Shown: positions 1-13,701, counted from the first letter of the stretch. The stretch: DNA of 64,000 nt from Octopus sinensis (GCF_006345805.1 NC_043014.1:39742001-39806000); one strand, 5' to 3'. Numbers and translations are program-made. The notes: a model not told the origin generated them from the letters alone.

Positions 1-149
1 GTAGTTGATTAATGATAATAATGATATAATGAAAACGACTAATATGTGTATTTTCTATTAGCAAAATGACTGTCCCAAAGCATATCAACATCTGATTCAA
101 CACATGATTTCTCTGGAAGAAATCTTGCAAAACAAATACAAAAACAATG

Positions 150-180
150 TGTCTGTCTGTCTACCTACCTACCTACCTAC

Positions 181-235
<55 letters not shown>

Positions 236-250
236 AATGTGTATACATAT

Positions 251-309
<59 letters not shown>

Positions 310-310
310 A
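150..310. repeat. (CTGT)/(CTAC)/(TATC)n then (TA)n compound microsatellite
   Basis: Directly visible. Confidence 0.95.
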
Positions 311-2259
311 GAGTTTACGAAAAAAACGAAAGACGAAGACAGGTGGTGTACAAAACAAACAGATGTATTAGTATAATGCAGGTGTGACTGTGCAGTAAGA
401 AGTTTGGTTTCCAACCACATGGTTCCGGGTTCAGTACCACTACGTAACATCTTGGTTAAGCATCTTCATAACCCTGGTTCAACCAAAGCCTTGTGAATGA
501 ATTTGTAGACGGAAACTGAAAGAAGTCCGTCGTACTATTTATATATAAACATTGTCATTCATATATATGTCGATCATGAATGATATTTTTGTATTTTCCC
601 GAATTGTTTGTCTGTCCTCTCTGTGTTTGGCCCCTTGTGGGTAGTAAAGAAATAGGTATTTCGTCTGCTGTTACGTTCTGAGTTCTAATTCCGCCGATGT
701 CAATTTTATCTTTCATTGCTTCGGAATCAATAAAATAAAGAACAGTCTCCCAGTTATATGTATCTAAAACCAAAGATAGGCTTGCATCTTTTACTTATAT
801 ATGTATATATATATTTAGATATAGATAGATTGATTTCTAGATATATTTTGCTAAGACATAGCGATAGCAAAAACTATCCTGGTGTTATATGTGTGTGTTT
901 GTGAGTCTATCTAACCGCTTGACAACCGGTATTGGTTTGTTTGAGTCATAATAAGTTAACGGTGCGCTAAAGAGACTGATAGAATAAATACTAAGCTTAA
1001 AAATAAGTACTGGGGTCGATGTATTCGATCAAAACCCTTCAAGGTGGTGCCCAATCATGGCCGCAGTCCAATGACTGAAATAAGTAAAAATATAATAAAT
1101 GTGTCTATCTTTGGTTTTAGGTACATATGATTGTGGGATTGCTAAAGAAACCAAAACAATCCGGAAATAAACCAAAAGAGCACAAGATATCGACATATAC
1201 ATATGCAAGACAATGTTTATATACATATAAATGTTTATATATAAAAAGGGAGTGTAAACCGAATAGGGAGTGTGTGTGCGCGCGTATATATATTCTTTTA
1301 ATTTTTTTAATTAGAGCAAAATCGACGTGAAAATGAAATAAAAATTATTAAATCACAATTTCACGCAGCGAAAATAAGCGAAAACGTGGAAGCACATCTT
1401 TTTATGGGTTGAATTAATTTTTTGCTGTTCATTTTTTTTTCTTTCACGTAGAATTTGCTTTTTGTCATTCTTCGAATCCAAATAATAACGAAATACTATT
1501 GTTTATTAACCCGAAGTTTCCCATCAGCTGCCAAACGAAATGTTACACACTGCAGTTTGCTTAAAGTACAAAAGGACCCCCGTATTCAACCCCCGTTTTA
1601 CCCCAGTTTCCAATTTAATTTGCAAGACTTAACTCAACCTTCGGCTATCATGAGAGAACAAAAAAATTGTCGAATGTAGTATGATCGAACCCGAATTCTC
1701 CAAGGCTGGGTGGTGAACCTCTTAATCATTGGGGTATATTTCTCGTCCATGTATCACTAATACTGTAGATATTTTGCTTAAATGATTTTGCACAATAAAA
1801 TTGCTGGTAATTAGGTTTATATCTATTTCCTTTTGGTTAATTTTTCGTGAATTATGGTCTCCCATGGAGGACAGACACCGGTTGCAGAATATTGTTCTAT
1901 ATAATGATAATAAATAGCATAATAATGTTTGTTTAACTTTAAGTCTAGTCCTTGATAGAGGAGACGTGTACATTTTATAATATATCATTGCTTTTTAGCT
2001 CCCTAGTTAATATGGATAGAATAGACATGTAATTTATTAGGGATGCAGAATATAAAAAGGTGGATTATTGAGTGAGCTGTTCTCGTAATCGGACAGCTGC
2101 TGTATGTTTCTATTAAAACATCGTCAACAATACATTATAGTGTGTATATATTCTTTACCTCAACACTATATTGTTTGAGTGAATGAATAATATATATATA
2201 TACTCGTGCGCGCATGTGTGTGTGTATATATAGAAAGACCATATATATATATTTATATA

Positions 2260-2374
2260 CTAAGTAATTAAGGGTTTAGCAACGATTTGCCTCACCACAC
2301 ACCGAATTTAGAAATAGCAGTCAAAGAGTTTTGGCTTGGTGAGGCAAATCGTTGCTAAACCCTTAATTACTTAG
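2260..2374. mobile_element. 115-bp perfect-palindrome MITE (38-bp arms, TA flanks)
   Basis: 2260-2297 is the exact reverse complement of 2337-2374; TA on both sides. Confidence 0.8.
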
Positions 2375-2732
2375 TATTACTTAAACCTTCCTTGAATGGG
2401 GCTTTTACATGCCGAAATCAATGATTATTCCAAATTAATTAATTTCACCCTATATTATTATTGATAATTATATTTATATATATGCACACTACTTCAATAC
2501 TAAAAAGTATGTGTTTACAGATGCTAATTCATACAGAAGTAAACATGAAAAACACTAAAAAACATGATATTTAGATTACTATCGTAATATATGAATAATT
2601 TCTGAGATCATTTGTTGAATAGTACAGGAAATATACATGATATATATATAGCTGCTATATCGGGTCGTGCTTGGCGCGTTAATTTACACCACTATACATT
2701 GTATAAATTTATTTAAATTTAATTTATTGTAG

Positions 2733-2946
2733 GAAAATATAAACGAAAAAATCTTATTTAATTAGTGCCATCATTAAATTCATGCTCCAGGTGAAAAACG
2801 AACAACGACTGAAGCTTGCAACGGTTGTTAAATACAATGGAAGTGCATTTATAATCCCAATGATAAATGACCGCCAACCACTTGCTGCTGGACTGCAGTA
2901 ATAATAATAAATGAATTTGAGTCGAAAAGTGATGAGGAAGCTGAGA
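2733..2946 (+). other. Possible far-upstream exon (UTR or short alternative start MNLSRKVMRKLR from ATG 2911)
   Basis: TTTATTGTAG acceptor at 2731-32 and AGA|GTAAGC donor at 2947 in SINE-free DNA; no homology support. Confidence 0.2.
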
Positions 2947-3095
2947 GTAAGCTCTGACTGTTTTTCATTCACGCGGGTTTAATCTCAAACATATATAAAT
3001 GTAATTTGACCGTTGTCGGACCTATTTATCATTTGGGGCTGCTAATTTAAGAAGAAAGCCACCTTAATTTCCATTGACATATAACTAGAAAGAAA

Positions 3096-3130
<35 letters not shown>

Positions 3131-3537
3131 GTGTGTGTGTGTGTATCGATGGATGTATATGTATATACACTGGATGGTGCTTAGGAAATCGTATAGAAAG
3201 TATCTACTGGTGTCATCGGATTTAATGGAAATCATACATAAAGTAAGTTATTAATAACAGATTTTTACAAATTTACTGTTATTTGTGTTATCATTAGGGA
3301 AATAATTAGCACATATTTTATTTATATTTTTAAACAGACGCACTTGTTACTGTAGTTACTAGATTTCACTGAAATGGTGCCGTGCACTTGCTTACTTTAA
3401 ACAGATAAAAATCGTATAGTATTGATATTGATATCGATGATCAAATATTTCGTTAATAATATTTGCATCGCCATTTCTCAACCACACACATATAGAAGTA
3501 TATATACACATATACACACACGTGTATATATATATAT

Positions 3538-3584
<47 letters not shown>

Positions 3585-4304
3585 TATATTTATATATATA
3601 CATATACCACATGATTCTGATCTATATCGAAATAATTAATCAGTGACTAATACTGTTTTTTCTTCATCTCATAATTTATTTATTGGTACTAGTACCTTAT
3701 TTATATAAGCTTTTTTAATGCTCATTATATTAAACTGTCCCACTAACATAATGACACACACACACGTATGTATGTGTGTATTTTTACAACCGTGACATTT
3801 GTTGTTATTTAAATGATATTTGTCAGATGTTATTATCAGATGTTATTATTTGTTCAGTTACTGTTGTTAAGGTGAGAAACAATATAATTAGAACACCTGT
3901 ACACATCAACACAAAACCGTCAAGCATCGTTTAAACGTACCTTAAAAATTACCATATTTTTTCTAAATGAAATAGTTTCAAATATAAATCTTTTTTTATA
4001 GCCGTGATAGATATATAATACTATACATTTCGGATAATAAAGATCAACCGCGTATACATGTGTGTATGTATATATATATATATATATACACATACATACT
4101 CACACATTTATATATTTATAACCTCCTTGACATGTCTCGTAATTGCTACGTTTTATTATAATTAATATTGTTGGCAATATTAAAACGGTTGTTTTTAATA
4201 ATTACGAGGTTATATATTAGTAATTGTTACTGAAAACTGCTGTCGAAGTTAAGCTTTGAATGTTTTGTTTATGTATGTGATGTGTGTGTAATATACATAC
4301 ATGC

Positions 4305-4350
<46 letters not shown>

Positions 4351-5560
4351 TATATATATAATATAATATCAACCATGTGGCTCGTTATAAAATGGACAAT
4401 TAATAAGTTCATTTCTATCCAAAGAGTAACCTTAATTTATTCTGTGCACATGAAGGCATAACTGTCATGTCATGACAATTCTGAAAGTACACTTTTTTTT
4501 TGCAAATGACAGCAATTTATTTCAGTTAAAATACAGAAAAAAAAATAACATTAGTTAAATTTATAGTCTGTTATTTTCTCGGTAGAATAAAGTATTTCAT
4601 TTAATTAATGCATAACTAAATCAGCAATTTATTAATGTTTAAAAATGCGTTTGTATCAGGCAGGGGCTAATGTGTTTATATTAATGTGTGACAGAAGAAA
4701 AAAAAATAGTAACATTAGTTTAAATTTACATTCCGTTTATTTGTTACTAGAATAAATACAAAGTGTATTATTTAATTAATACATAACCAATTAGATGATT
4801 ATTTATTTATGCTTTAAAAAAAGATAATTGCGTTTGAATCAAGACACGGGGTCCCTTCTGTGTTTGCATTGGGTGTGGCGATATATGATGGTGTTATGTA
4901 CCGACTCTAAACACCAGTTGCAATTTCAGCTTGTGTATATATTGTATACATCACATTATTATTATTATTAGGAGCCTTGAGTTAATAAATTTTTTAGCGG
5001 AGCAAATTAATCATTTATGAATATTCTGTTGATAATTTGTTCCTTGCCAGTCGTGTAAATCATAACTGCAATCAATTTACTGTAATATAATATACTGGAA
5101 TTGTTTAGTCATTGCGCACTTATTTCACACCTTGCTTCCTCTTTGTAAAAACGTGTTGGTATTTTTATTATTAACCCTGGAGAAATGTAACGCAAGAACT
5201 ACACCAGTTCAGCTGAAAGCTTTTTCAATGAGATAATGCAATAATGTAACGTATCTTTCTTTAGTTCTTTCAATGTTTTTTTTTATATATATATATATAA
5301 GACAGAATTTTATCTTTGGAATGACATAATTTAAATTTACTGTTATTTTTTTTTAATTACTACTAAAAATACCTATATTTTACTTTCACATTAAAGCTGG
5401 AATTAAACATGTGATTTTTCTTTTTTTTCCATTACAAATCATTTCCCTAATAGTACATAATATCAATGGAAAACAAATATATCTAGTTTTCACTGAACAC
5501 TGATGTAAACCAGAGAACTAGGATGCTAGCATCCCTTAAAGCATTATAGGTCCTTGACAC

Positions 5561-5604
<44 letters not shown>

Positions 5605-7539
5605 TTGACGTTTCTCTAAAGATTACAGACACTTGTTCAACTAACAGCATGTTATCATCGTGGTTAGATTTTGATAATATTTGTCTTATTGTAGAGTTTA
5701 TTTTATAAAATTTCGATTGTGCCTACTACATAAGTAAAACCTGAAGGATCCATCCATTCTTTCCTTCATTTAACGCTAATCATAATCTATATTGAAGCTC
5801 TTATCTCATGATGGAGCAACATATTTTGCAGTTGTTTTTTTGTTTTCTGTTGTAATCTATTTGTAAATGAAGGTACGAGGGTTCAAAGCTATTTCGTATC
5901 GGAATTAACATTTAGAATAAATATTTTTTTTTTGTTAATGTATGTATTTATTTATAAATTCGTTGGGAAAAAGATTTGAGTAATCGTATTCCTTTTGGGA
6001 TTAATTATCAAGTATTATAGTCCCTAAATCAGTTCTTTTAATTAAATCGGATTATTATATGTGTTACTGTTTTAATTTATAATATGTATTATCAAGCTGT
6101 GTGTGTGCGTATTATTTATAACCTTTGTTTTGGGGAAATACGAGTGGGAAAAAAACAAAAGATTCCTTATCAGTTACGTAATTCCTTGATAAGGGATTAA
6201 AAAATAATATGGCACTAGAGACGAAAGATCGCCAATATATTTTTATATATCGTTAATTTCAAACGGACTGATGAAGTTTTAACATTCGATTCCGAAATGT
6301 CTAAGCAGTGTTTATTAATTAGTAATAAGGTTGACAGTTTAATTTTAATCAACAGGTGCGATTGTCAACGGAACGTAGTGGAGATAAGGCAAAGTAAGGC
6401 ATTCACGATAATGCTGGATACAACACACACTATCAATAATCTAGGACGCATCTCTGATTAATTAAAGCATTAAATCTAAGACCTTGCACTTGAAATGGAT
6501 GCAAATATTCGAGTAGTATGCATCGATTGTACTATTATTGATCTCAACGATTTCATCATTCTACTTTACGTTTCAGTTTTGTATATTTTCCGATTGTCTT
6601 CAGTTATGTGTAATAAAATTGAATTCACATGCTTCTTTTTTCACACGGTTTAAGGCTCTTGATCATTAATTACTTCGCTTTTCTCTTCATTAAAATGAAA
6701 AAAAAATATTAGCCACATTTAGGTCCTTTTGAAATGAACACGTCAACTACGATTACTTAGGGAAAAAATATCAAAAAATCCCCAAACATACTAAAACAGA
6801 TCGGCAAACTGTATGTTCAGATCGATCCCAGACTAAAGTGAAACTTTAAACCTGACAAATTTATTGTCATTCAGGATCTTTTCGGTTTGAACGGCAGTTT
6901 TTAACATAATTTCTAGACAACTAAAAAATTTTAAACTTCGTATACTGGTAGAATGTGTTTATAAAACATCATTTTTCTCTTGGCTTTCTTGAGAAAATTC
7001 TGTAGTTTGTAACATAATTCGGATCTTTTCGGTTTGAACGGCAGTTTTTAACATAATTTCTAGGTAACTAAAAAATTTTAAACTTCGTATACCGTCATTC
7101 ATTGAGGTATCAGAGTTGTATGTTAATAGAACTAATGCAGAATGGAGTTTCAAAAACATTGTCATCATCTCTTCCGTTATTACTATCTTGATGAATAGGA
7201 CCTCGGTAATATAACGACATCTGGTTTTCTTGTTTAGTTGTTTAAAATTAAACCATACAACTTCCCTCCACGTCTTTCTTTCGATATCTCCGCTCTTATT
7301 TTGAATATTGTTTACTTACAACTCATGACTTATTCAGTAACCTAGAGTGCTTTGTTCATTCATACTAATGCTAATACTTTCAGTAGCTTCTATCTTATCA
7401 GCAGCATCATTTTTTAAATCCGATCATTGCTTATTTTAAAATCCAGTGTATATCTCAGTTTGTGTGTGTGTGTGTGTATTCGTGTTAGTATTCACAGTAT
7501 GTCTTGCCAAATGTTGCTGTTCTTTATCATCTCTATTGT

Positions 7540-7985
7540 AAGGTTCAGCCTCTTGCGATAACCTACTCGTGTCTTCTTTTTCCAAAAGTCCCTCCCATTT
7601 GAATTACTTGACATTTCATTTATCTTACTGTCATTTTTCAAATGCATCACAGTCTTCTCACTTGCATGCTACATCTGATTCCTCTAATACCCATTTTTTC
7701 CTCTGCACATTGTGTGCTCTGTTATTCATGCAACTAACATTACACATCTTGAGAGTATATTTGCCTCATCTCTTCTTTCAAGACTGCATTCATCCTTTGC
7801 ATTCAATGCCCATGTTTCACCACCATGCCACATTGTGCTTCATGCACAACCATCGTACGATTTATATTTCACTTCAAAAGAGAATCTCTCTGATGCCAGT
7901 TTCATTCTTACTGAGGCCACTATACTGTTGGACATGCTCTTGTGATCTCACAGCATTTCTTGTGTGCCCATCGTTTATATAAAGT
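7540..7985 (-). mobile_element. Decayed RTE-like LINE RT C-terminal fragment
   Basis: Minus strand gives broken WHGGETWAL and MGIRGIRCSMQVRRL-like motifs across frameshifts. Confidence 0.6.
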
Positions 7986-8091
7986 ACCTTGTACTCTTTT
8001 TCTGCATATCAAGTATATTGAACATGATTATTTCTCTGATTACAATGGAGTTCTGTTTTCTTTCATGTGAAGTAAATCTCTCGTCTTATTA

Positions 8092-8480
8092 TAAACTAGC
8101 AGTATCGCCCGGCGTTGCTCGGGTTTGTAAGGGAAATAACTATATAAGCATTTTTAGAGAGTTATAGCAAAAAAATGCATTAAAAATTGAAAAAAAATTA
8201 AGGTAAATTTTTTTTAAAATCGTTGACACATCGTAGATATTTTTAGAGAGTTACTTCCCTTATATAAAAGCGAAAAAATGCATTAAAATGGAAAAATATG
8301 ATGGTAAATTTTTTTAAAATCGTAGACTCATCGTAGACGCGCGCTAATACCCAGAAGGGCTCGATATGAATCACGACTATAAGATACCCGCTTTTGGTTA
8401 AACTGCACCGCAAAATGTGGGAGTAGTTACGAATCTAAATCGAAGGGGACAGACACACAACTTCACTCTTATATAAAGAT
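8092..8480 (+). mobile_element. Helentron-associated (HINE-like) non-autonomous element
   Basis: Starts ACTAGC..CCCGGCGTTGCTCGGG (subterminal hairpin), ends CACAC...TTATATAAAGAT, the layout of HINE/DINE-type elements. Confidence 0.65.
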
Positions 8481-8799
8481 GCTTTTTTTTTTCAGTCATA
8501 GAGTTAGATTTATGAAGGTCTTCAGTAGAAAATCCTTCGAGATCTGACTCGCTGCTTGATATAATGAAATTCGTATCCATTTTTTGTCAGAATTACAAAT
8601 TTTGAAAACACAATAGGAACAAATTTCGGAAAAAATCTCCCATAATTCACGGAATTAAAATTACACTTCGATTTTTGTACAAAACTGTATTTGAAGTGTT
8701 TACGAAGTATAATACGTGTTTTCACGAATGTACTAAAGAGATTTACTCTGATATTCTCATTTAAATATGAATAGGTAAATTCGGGTGGTTTGGTAACGA

Positions 8800-9270
8800 A
8801 AGGGTTTATATAAGTGTCGTCTGTTTATACATAAACACTGTTTCATACTTTCAGTTTAGTCTTCCTCAAATCACTCTGTCGCTAATTTACTCTCTTCCAA
8901 GAACATTTTCACTCACTTTTATCTGTTAGCTTCCCATACATTTTACTCATGTATCTATCAGCGTGATAGACAGAAACAACAAATCACTCTGTCGCTATTT
9001 ACTTTCATTTTATTCGTTGCCCACTGTGTGTGTGCGTTTGCGTGTGGTGTAAACCAGACTAAGAAAAGCATTTGACACACACACCAGAATGTGAGTTTTC
9101 TGTAAATTTTGCTTAATTGGAGTTTAAATTTAAAAAACTGGACCCGGCATGACGCGATGCATTGTACTCTTAAAAATGGTAGGTAAATTGTAATTGAAGA
9201 AATCCTATATTGTAGATTTGTATAACTCCCAAAGGGAGGCAGATAAAATCTGCCTTTTATAATAAGAGAT
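8800..9270 (+). mobile_element. Possible Helentron-type 3' end
   Basis: Hairpin GGCAGAT-aaa-ATCTGCC followed by TTTTATAATAAGAGAT; 5' boundary unknown. Confidence 0.4.
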
Positions 9271-9868
9271 TAAGATACCTTGATTTTAGGTTTTGTTTCC
9301 CCATCTTGAATTTCTTTACTAATTCTTTTCTGCTCTAGGCACAAGGCCCAAAATTTTGTGGGGGGGGGGGCAGTCGATTAGATCGACCACAGTACGCAAC
9401 TGGTACTTAATTTATCGACCCCGAAAGGATGAAAGGCAAAGTCGACCTCGGCGGAATTTGAACTCAGAACGTGCGGCAGACGAAATACCTATTTCTTTAC
9501 TATCCACAAGGGACTAAACACAGAGAGGACAAACAAGGACAGACAAACGGATTAAGTCGATTACATAGACCCCAGTGCGTAACTGGTACTTATTTAATTG
9601 ATCCCGAAAGGATGAAAGGCAAAGTCGACCTCGGCGGAATTTGAACTCAGAAGGTAGCGCTAGACGAAATACCGCTAAGCATTTTGCCAAGTGTGCTAAC
9701 GTTTCTGCCAGCTCGCCACCTTTTTCTTTACTAATTCTTCAGCATATCAATCTATGAGAACTAGGTCATCAACATGCAAACGTTTCCATTGACAGTCAAT
9801 CTTCAATACCAAAAGCTGTGCTTAGTAATAAAAAGTTGACAGTTTATCTTTAACTCTTTAGCTTTTAA

Positions 9869-10077
9869 CCCTTTAGCGTTTGCATTATTCTATCAAAATT
9901 AATCCCTTTTTATCCACATTGTTTTGAACTAATCATGCCTTATCTTGTAGTTAGGAGATTTTGATGAGGCAGATGGTAATTTTTAAAACGATATTGTAGG
10001 GCTGGTGTGAGACCAGATCTGGCCAGTTTGAACATAAAACAGGCAGAATACTTTTGGCCGGTTTAAATGCTAAAGGG
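9869..10077. mobile_element. piggyBac-type MITE
   Basis: TTAA|CCCTTTAGCGTTT ... AAATGCTAAAGGG|TTAA: 13-bp TIR (12/13) with TTAA TSD. Confidence 0.85.
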
Positions 10078-10362
10078 TTAAACCAGCCATAACCAAACAT
10101 TTTGTGGACGGATGTGTGAATTTGATGTTGTTCAAAGGGGGTATGGAACCAGCATGATGCGGCAAAAGCAAACCAGCATATGCTGTCGGTCCTGCTGCTG
10201 ATATTGGGGGGTTGCATTATATATCTTGACCTGACCAAAGAATGGGGCTCACCTCTTTGAGCTGGGAAATGAATGGAATGCCTGGTGTGTGTCTTGTTGT
10301 GGCTACCCACTCCTAGAAAAATGGGGAATAGGCCTGAGTATATATAAAAAAAAATAACCAAC

Positions 10363-10750
10363 CAGGAGTGGCTGTGTGGTAAGTAGCTTGCTAACCAACC
10401 ACATGGTTCCGGGTTCAGTCCCACTGCGTGGCATCTTGGGCAAGTGTCTTCTGCTATAGCCCCGGGCCGACCGATGCCTTGTGAGTGGATTTGGTAGACG
10501 GAAACTGAAAGAAGCCTGTCGTATATATGTATATATATGTATGTGTGTTTGTGTGTCTGTGTTTGTCCCCCTAGCATTGCTTGACAACCGATGCTGGTGT
10601 GTTTACGTCCCCGTCACTTAGCGGTTCGGCAAAAGAGACCGATAGAATAAGTACTGGGCTTACAAAGAATAAGTTCCGGGGTCGATTTGCTCGACTAAAG
10701 GCGGTGCTCCAGCATGGCCGCAGTCAAATGACTGAAACAAGTAAAAGAGT
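10363..10750 (+). mobile_element. tRNA-derived SINE family A, full length (representative)
   Basis: Head GGAGTGGCTGTGTGGTAAG (A box) and GGTTCAGTCCC (B-box-like), internal (TA/TG)n, tail (GAGTAAAA)n. Further copies approx.: 378-535+, 890-1095+, 10871-11260+, 14400-14795-, 21750-22190-, 26933-27325+, 28150-28545-, 28615-28980+, 31535-31865+, 32205-32605-, 35185-35570-, 35925-36330-, 44130-44540+, 47310-47545/48900-49008-, 51420-51800+, 54001-54390+, 56464-56915+, 57262-57870+, 62065-62467-. Confidence 0.93.
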
Positions 10751-11786
10751 AATAAAAAAAAAAAAAGAGTAACCAAAATATTCTACTAGTTTTATGTTGA
10801 AAATTACCAGATACAGCTGCTTACACTTACTCTACAACATCATTCTAAAAATAAACAGCCACTCCTACATAGGCGTAGGAGTGGCTGTGTGGTAAGTAGC
10901 TTGCTTACCAACCACATGGTTCCGGGTTCAATCCCACTGCGTGGCACCTTGGGCAGGTGTTTTCTACTGACCAAAGCCTTGTGAGTGGATTTGGTAGACA
11001 GAAACTGAAAGAAGCCTGTTGTGTATATGTATATATATGTGTGTGTGTGTATATATGTTTGTATGTCTGTGTTTGTCCCCCCAACATCGCTTGACAACCG
11101 ATGCTGGTGTGTTTACGTCCCCGTAACTTAGTGGTTCAGCAAGAGAGAATGATAGAATAAGTACTAGGCTTACAAAGAATAAGTCCTGGGGGTCGATTTG
11201 CTCGACTAAAGGCAGTGCTCCAGCATGGCCACAGTCACATGACTGAAACAAGTAAGAGAGTATGCCGTTGAAATCTTGAAGCTATGAGACGGTGTATGAT
11301 TAAATCAAAACAATATGAATAAATAAGCATTATGAGTGACAAAATAATCTGAATGTTAAAGAGTTATGAGTGTGATTGTGAATGAAATGGAACATAGTGG
11401 AGATTAAAAGATTGAGGCATTCTTGGCAATGCTGGATGCAATGATTAGTGTCATAGCTTATCAATGTAGGACATACCTTTAATGAGTTAAACCATTCATT
11501 CTAAAATATATATTTCCGAATGCTTTAATACCTTGAAGAGTGAAGCTTTAAATGAAATTTTCCACCTTCAGTTACACTTAATATGAATGCAAACATTTGA
11601 GTCACATGCATTGATTGTACTATATTGATCTCACTGATTTCATCATACTACTTGATGTTTTGAACTTGATATATTTTCCGATTGCCCTCAGTTGTTATGT
11701 GTAATAAGATAACAATACACTGTTTAACCCTTTTGTTACATATTTCTGTTGAGATATGCTGCCTTTGATTTAATTACTTTTTAAAA

Positions 11787-12303
11787 TCATCATCATCATT
11801 GTTCGACCGTGTCGAGACAATGGAGTTTACTATGCTACGCCAGACTTCACAGTCCATCATAGCATTACGGAGGTCCTGTTGCTGGATGCCTGTATCCCTG
11901 GAGATTACATCAGGGTAGGAGAGTGTGCGCTCTCTGGTATCGTGAGTAGATGGCTTCCAGAGGAGAAGAGTAGAAATTGCCTCGTTTTGAGCTCTACAAC
12001 AATGTCCAGCAAACTGGACTTTCCTACCTTCCACAAGAGGTGATACAGGTGGTAATTTTCCATATGTTTGTATTTTGGTTGGATGGCGCTTCCACGAGAG
12101 ATTTTGAGCTCTCATAAGGAGGCGAGTGTAAGTTCCATCCAACCGCCTCTCAAGCTTCTTTGATAACGTCCAGGTTTCTGAGCCATATAGTAGAATTGCT
12201 TCGACTGTGGCTTTGAAGATTTCAAGTTTGAAGTCTCTACTTAGATCTGATGACCAGATCTTATGCATATCATTACAGGCTGACCAGGCCATACCCTTTC
12301 TAG
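11787..12303 (-). mobile_element. 5'-truncated RTE-clade LINE (RT C-terminus, (GAT)n tail)
   Basis: ORF 11774-12292 with FKATVEAILLYGSETWTL and FAGHC motifs; (ATC)n on plus strand; TTTAAAA flanks both ends (11780-86, 12304-10) as a probable TSD. Confidence 0.92.
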
Positions 12304-12892
12304 TTTAAAATACTGAAGAATTTTGTGAAATAACTTTGTCATTATTAAGCTGGTGTCTGGAACATAAATTAACATAAAATTATGAAGGAAGATTTATGAT
12401 TCATATCACTTGAAAACTAAGTTTATGTTGCAGAGCCAGGGACAGTCTCAGACAGGTTAGTATCAAAAAGGGCTAATGCTTGATTGTGCAAATACATGAC
12501 AGAAACTTGTGCCTTTGCCACAAAGAAGAGCAAGAATGGCTTCACCAAATAATTCTAATAGGGACCAATTCATTGTAGAAGATAAAATGGTCCATCAGCT
12601 CTATCCTAAATCAATTGGAAACCTGAACTTGATCTTGCAAAAATTTTGACCAACAGAAATTATGCAGCATAAGGCACAGGTATAGCTGCATGGTTATAAA
12701 CTTGCTTCCCAGCCAAGTGTCTTCTACTATAGCCCTAGGCCAACCAAAGCATATAGGTGCAGGCATGACCGTGTGGCTAAGAAGCTTGGTACCCAATCAT
12801 ATGGTCTTGGGTTCAGTTTTCCTGCAAGGCACCTTGGGAAAAGGGTCTTCTACTATAGCAACTAGGTCAGCAGAAAATTTGTAAGTGGATTT

Positions 12893-12990
12893 GACTCTTG
12901 AATACTGTTGATCGACTCTTTCTGCTGTTACTATTGCACTGCAACTACCAAAACGACACCTTACGATTTCCTGTAATTAATGCCTATTCA
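12893..12990 (-). mobile_element. Short deletion derivative of the Gypsy 5' region
   Basis: Matches 16655-16706 joined directly to about 17044-17082. Confidence 0.7.
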
Positions 12991-13514
12991 CCCCTTCACT
13001 CACTCTCTTTCTCTCTCTCTTTCACATGCATGTCCATTTCATATACACATACATACATCTTTTACTTTCTCCTCTCTTTCACTTTAAAACAAAAGTAAAT
13101 AAATTTTAAAAATTTACAGAAATTAACGAACTGTGGATGACAAGTGAAAGATTGCCATTCACTTGAAAATAATTTTAAAAAACATTAAAATGTTGTCTGT
13201 TTAAAGACAGCTAAAATATAAATACTTACTGTACAAACAACTTACATTTTTGAAATCACATTCTGTTGAGAATATTTCTAAATGATTAAAATATTGTGTA
13301 TGTCAAAATGTTGATATTTGTTTTTCTTAGTGTGAAGACTGTATGTGTACATCTCACAGACAGCAGACGTGTGTTTGTATTGATTAACACAGCATGACAT
13401 TCATTATATGTGTGTGTGTTCTGTATACATGTATGTTGATGTCACAGATGCCATGTTTTTTGGCATCAAGAAATAACAAACAAAAAGTGTTTAATCGTTT
13501 TCATTAATAAATAG

Positions 13515-13554
13515 AGGTCCAAATATCACAAAAATTTGTACTGCACTGTCGAAG
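13515..13554 (+). other. Possible non-coding 5'UTR exon upstream of exon A
   Basis: Strong donor GAAG|GTAAGT at 13555 and acceptor TTTTCAG at 13764 define a 210-nt intron; the 5' boundary is a guess (AG at 13513-14). Confidence 0.35.
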
Positions 13555-13657
13555 GTAAGTATGAAAATAAATATGCAAAAAATGTTAAGATAAAATATAC
13601 TATTTCTGAGATATTTCGGGTACACACAAACATCTCTAGAGTTTTAGTATTATTAAG

Positions 13658-13701
<44 letters not shown>

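Noticed and set aside
1680-1745. tRNA-like stretch on the minus strand (..CGGGTTCGATC..)
   Set aside because: Only a T-loop-like word and a weak A box; no cloverleaf.
6264-6305. CUGAUGA...GAAAUGUC hammerhead core; a similar CUGAUGA at 58071 with AAAA in place of GAAA
   Set aside because: At 6268 stems I and II do not pair; at 58071 G12 is lost. At most decayed Penelope-type relics.
9951-10587. 208-aa and 94-aa minus-strand ORFs, and recurring EDTCPRCHAVGLNPEPCGW / MWLVSKLLTTQPLL peptides throughout the window
   Set aside because: Conceptual translations of family A SINE and MITE sequence; they recur at every SINE copy.
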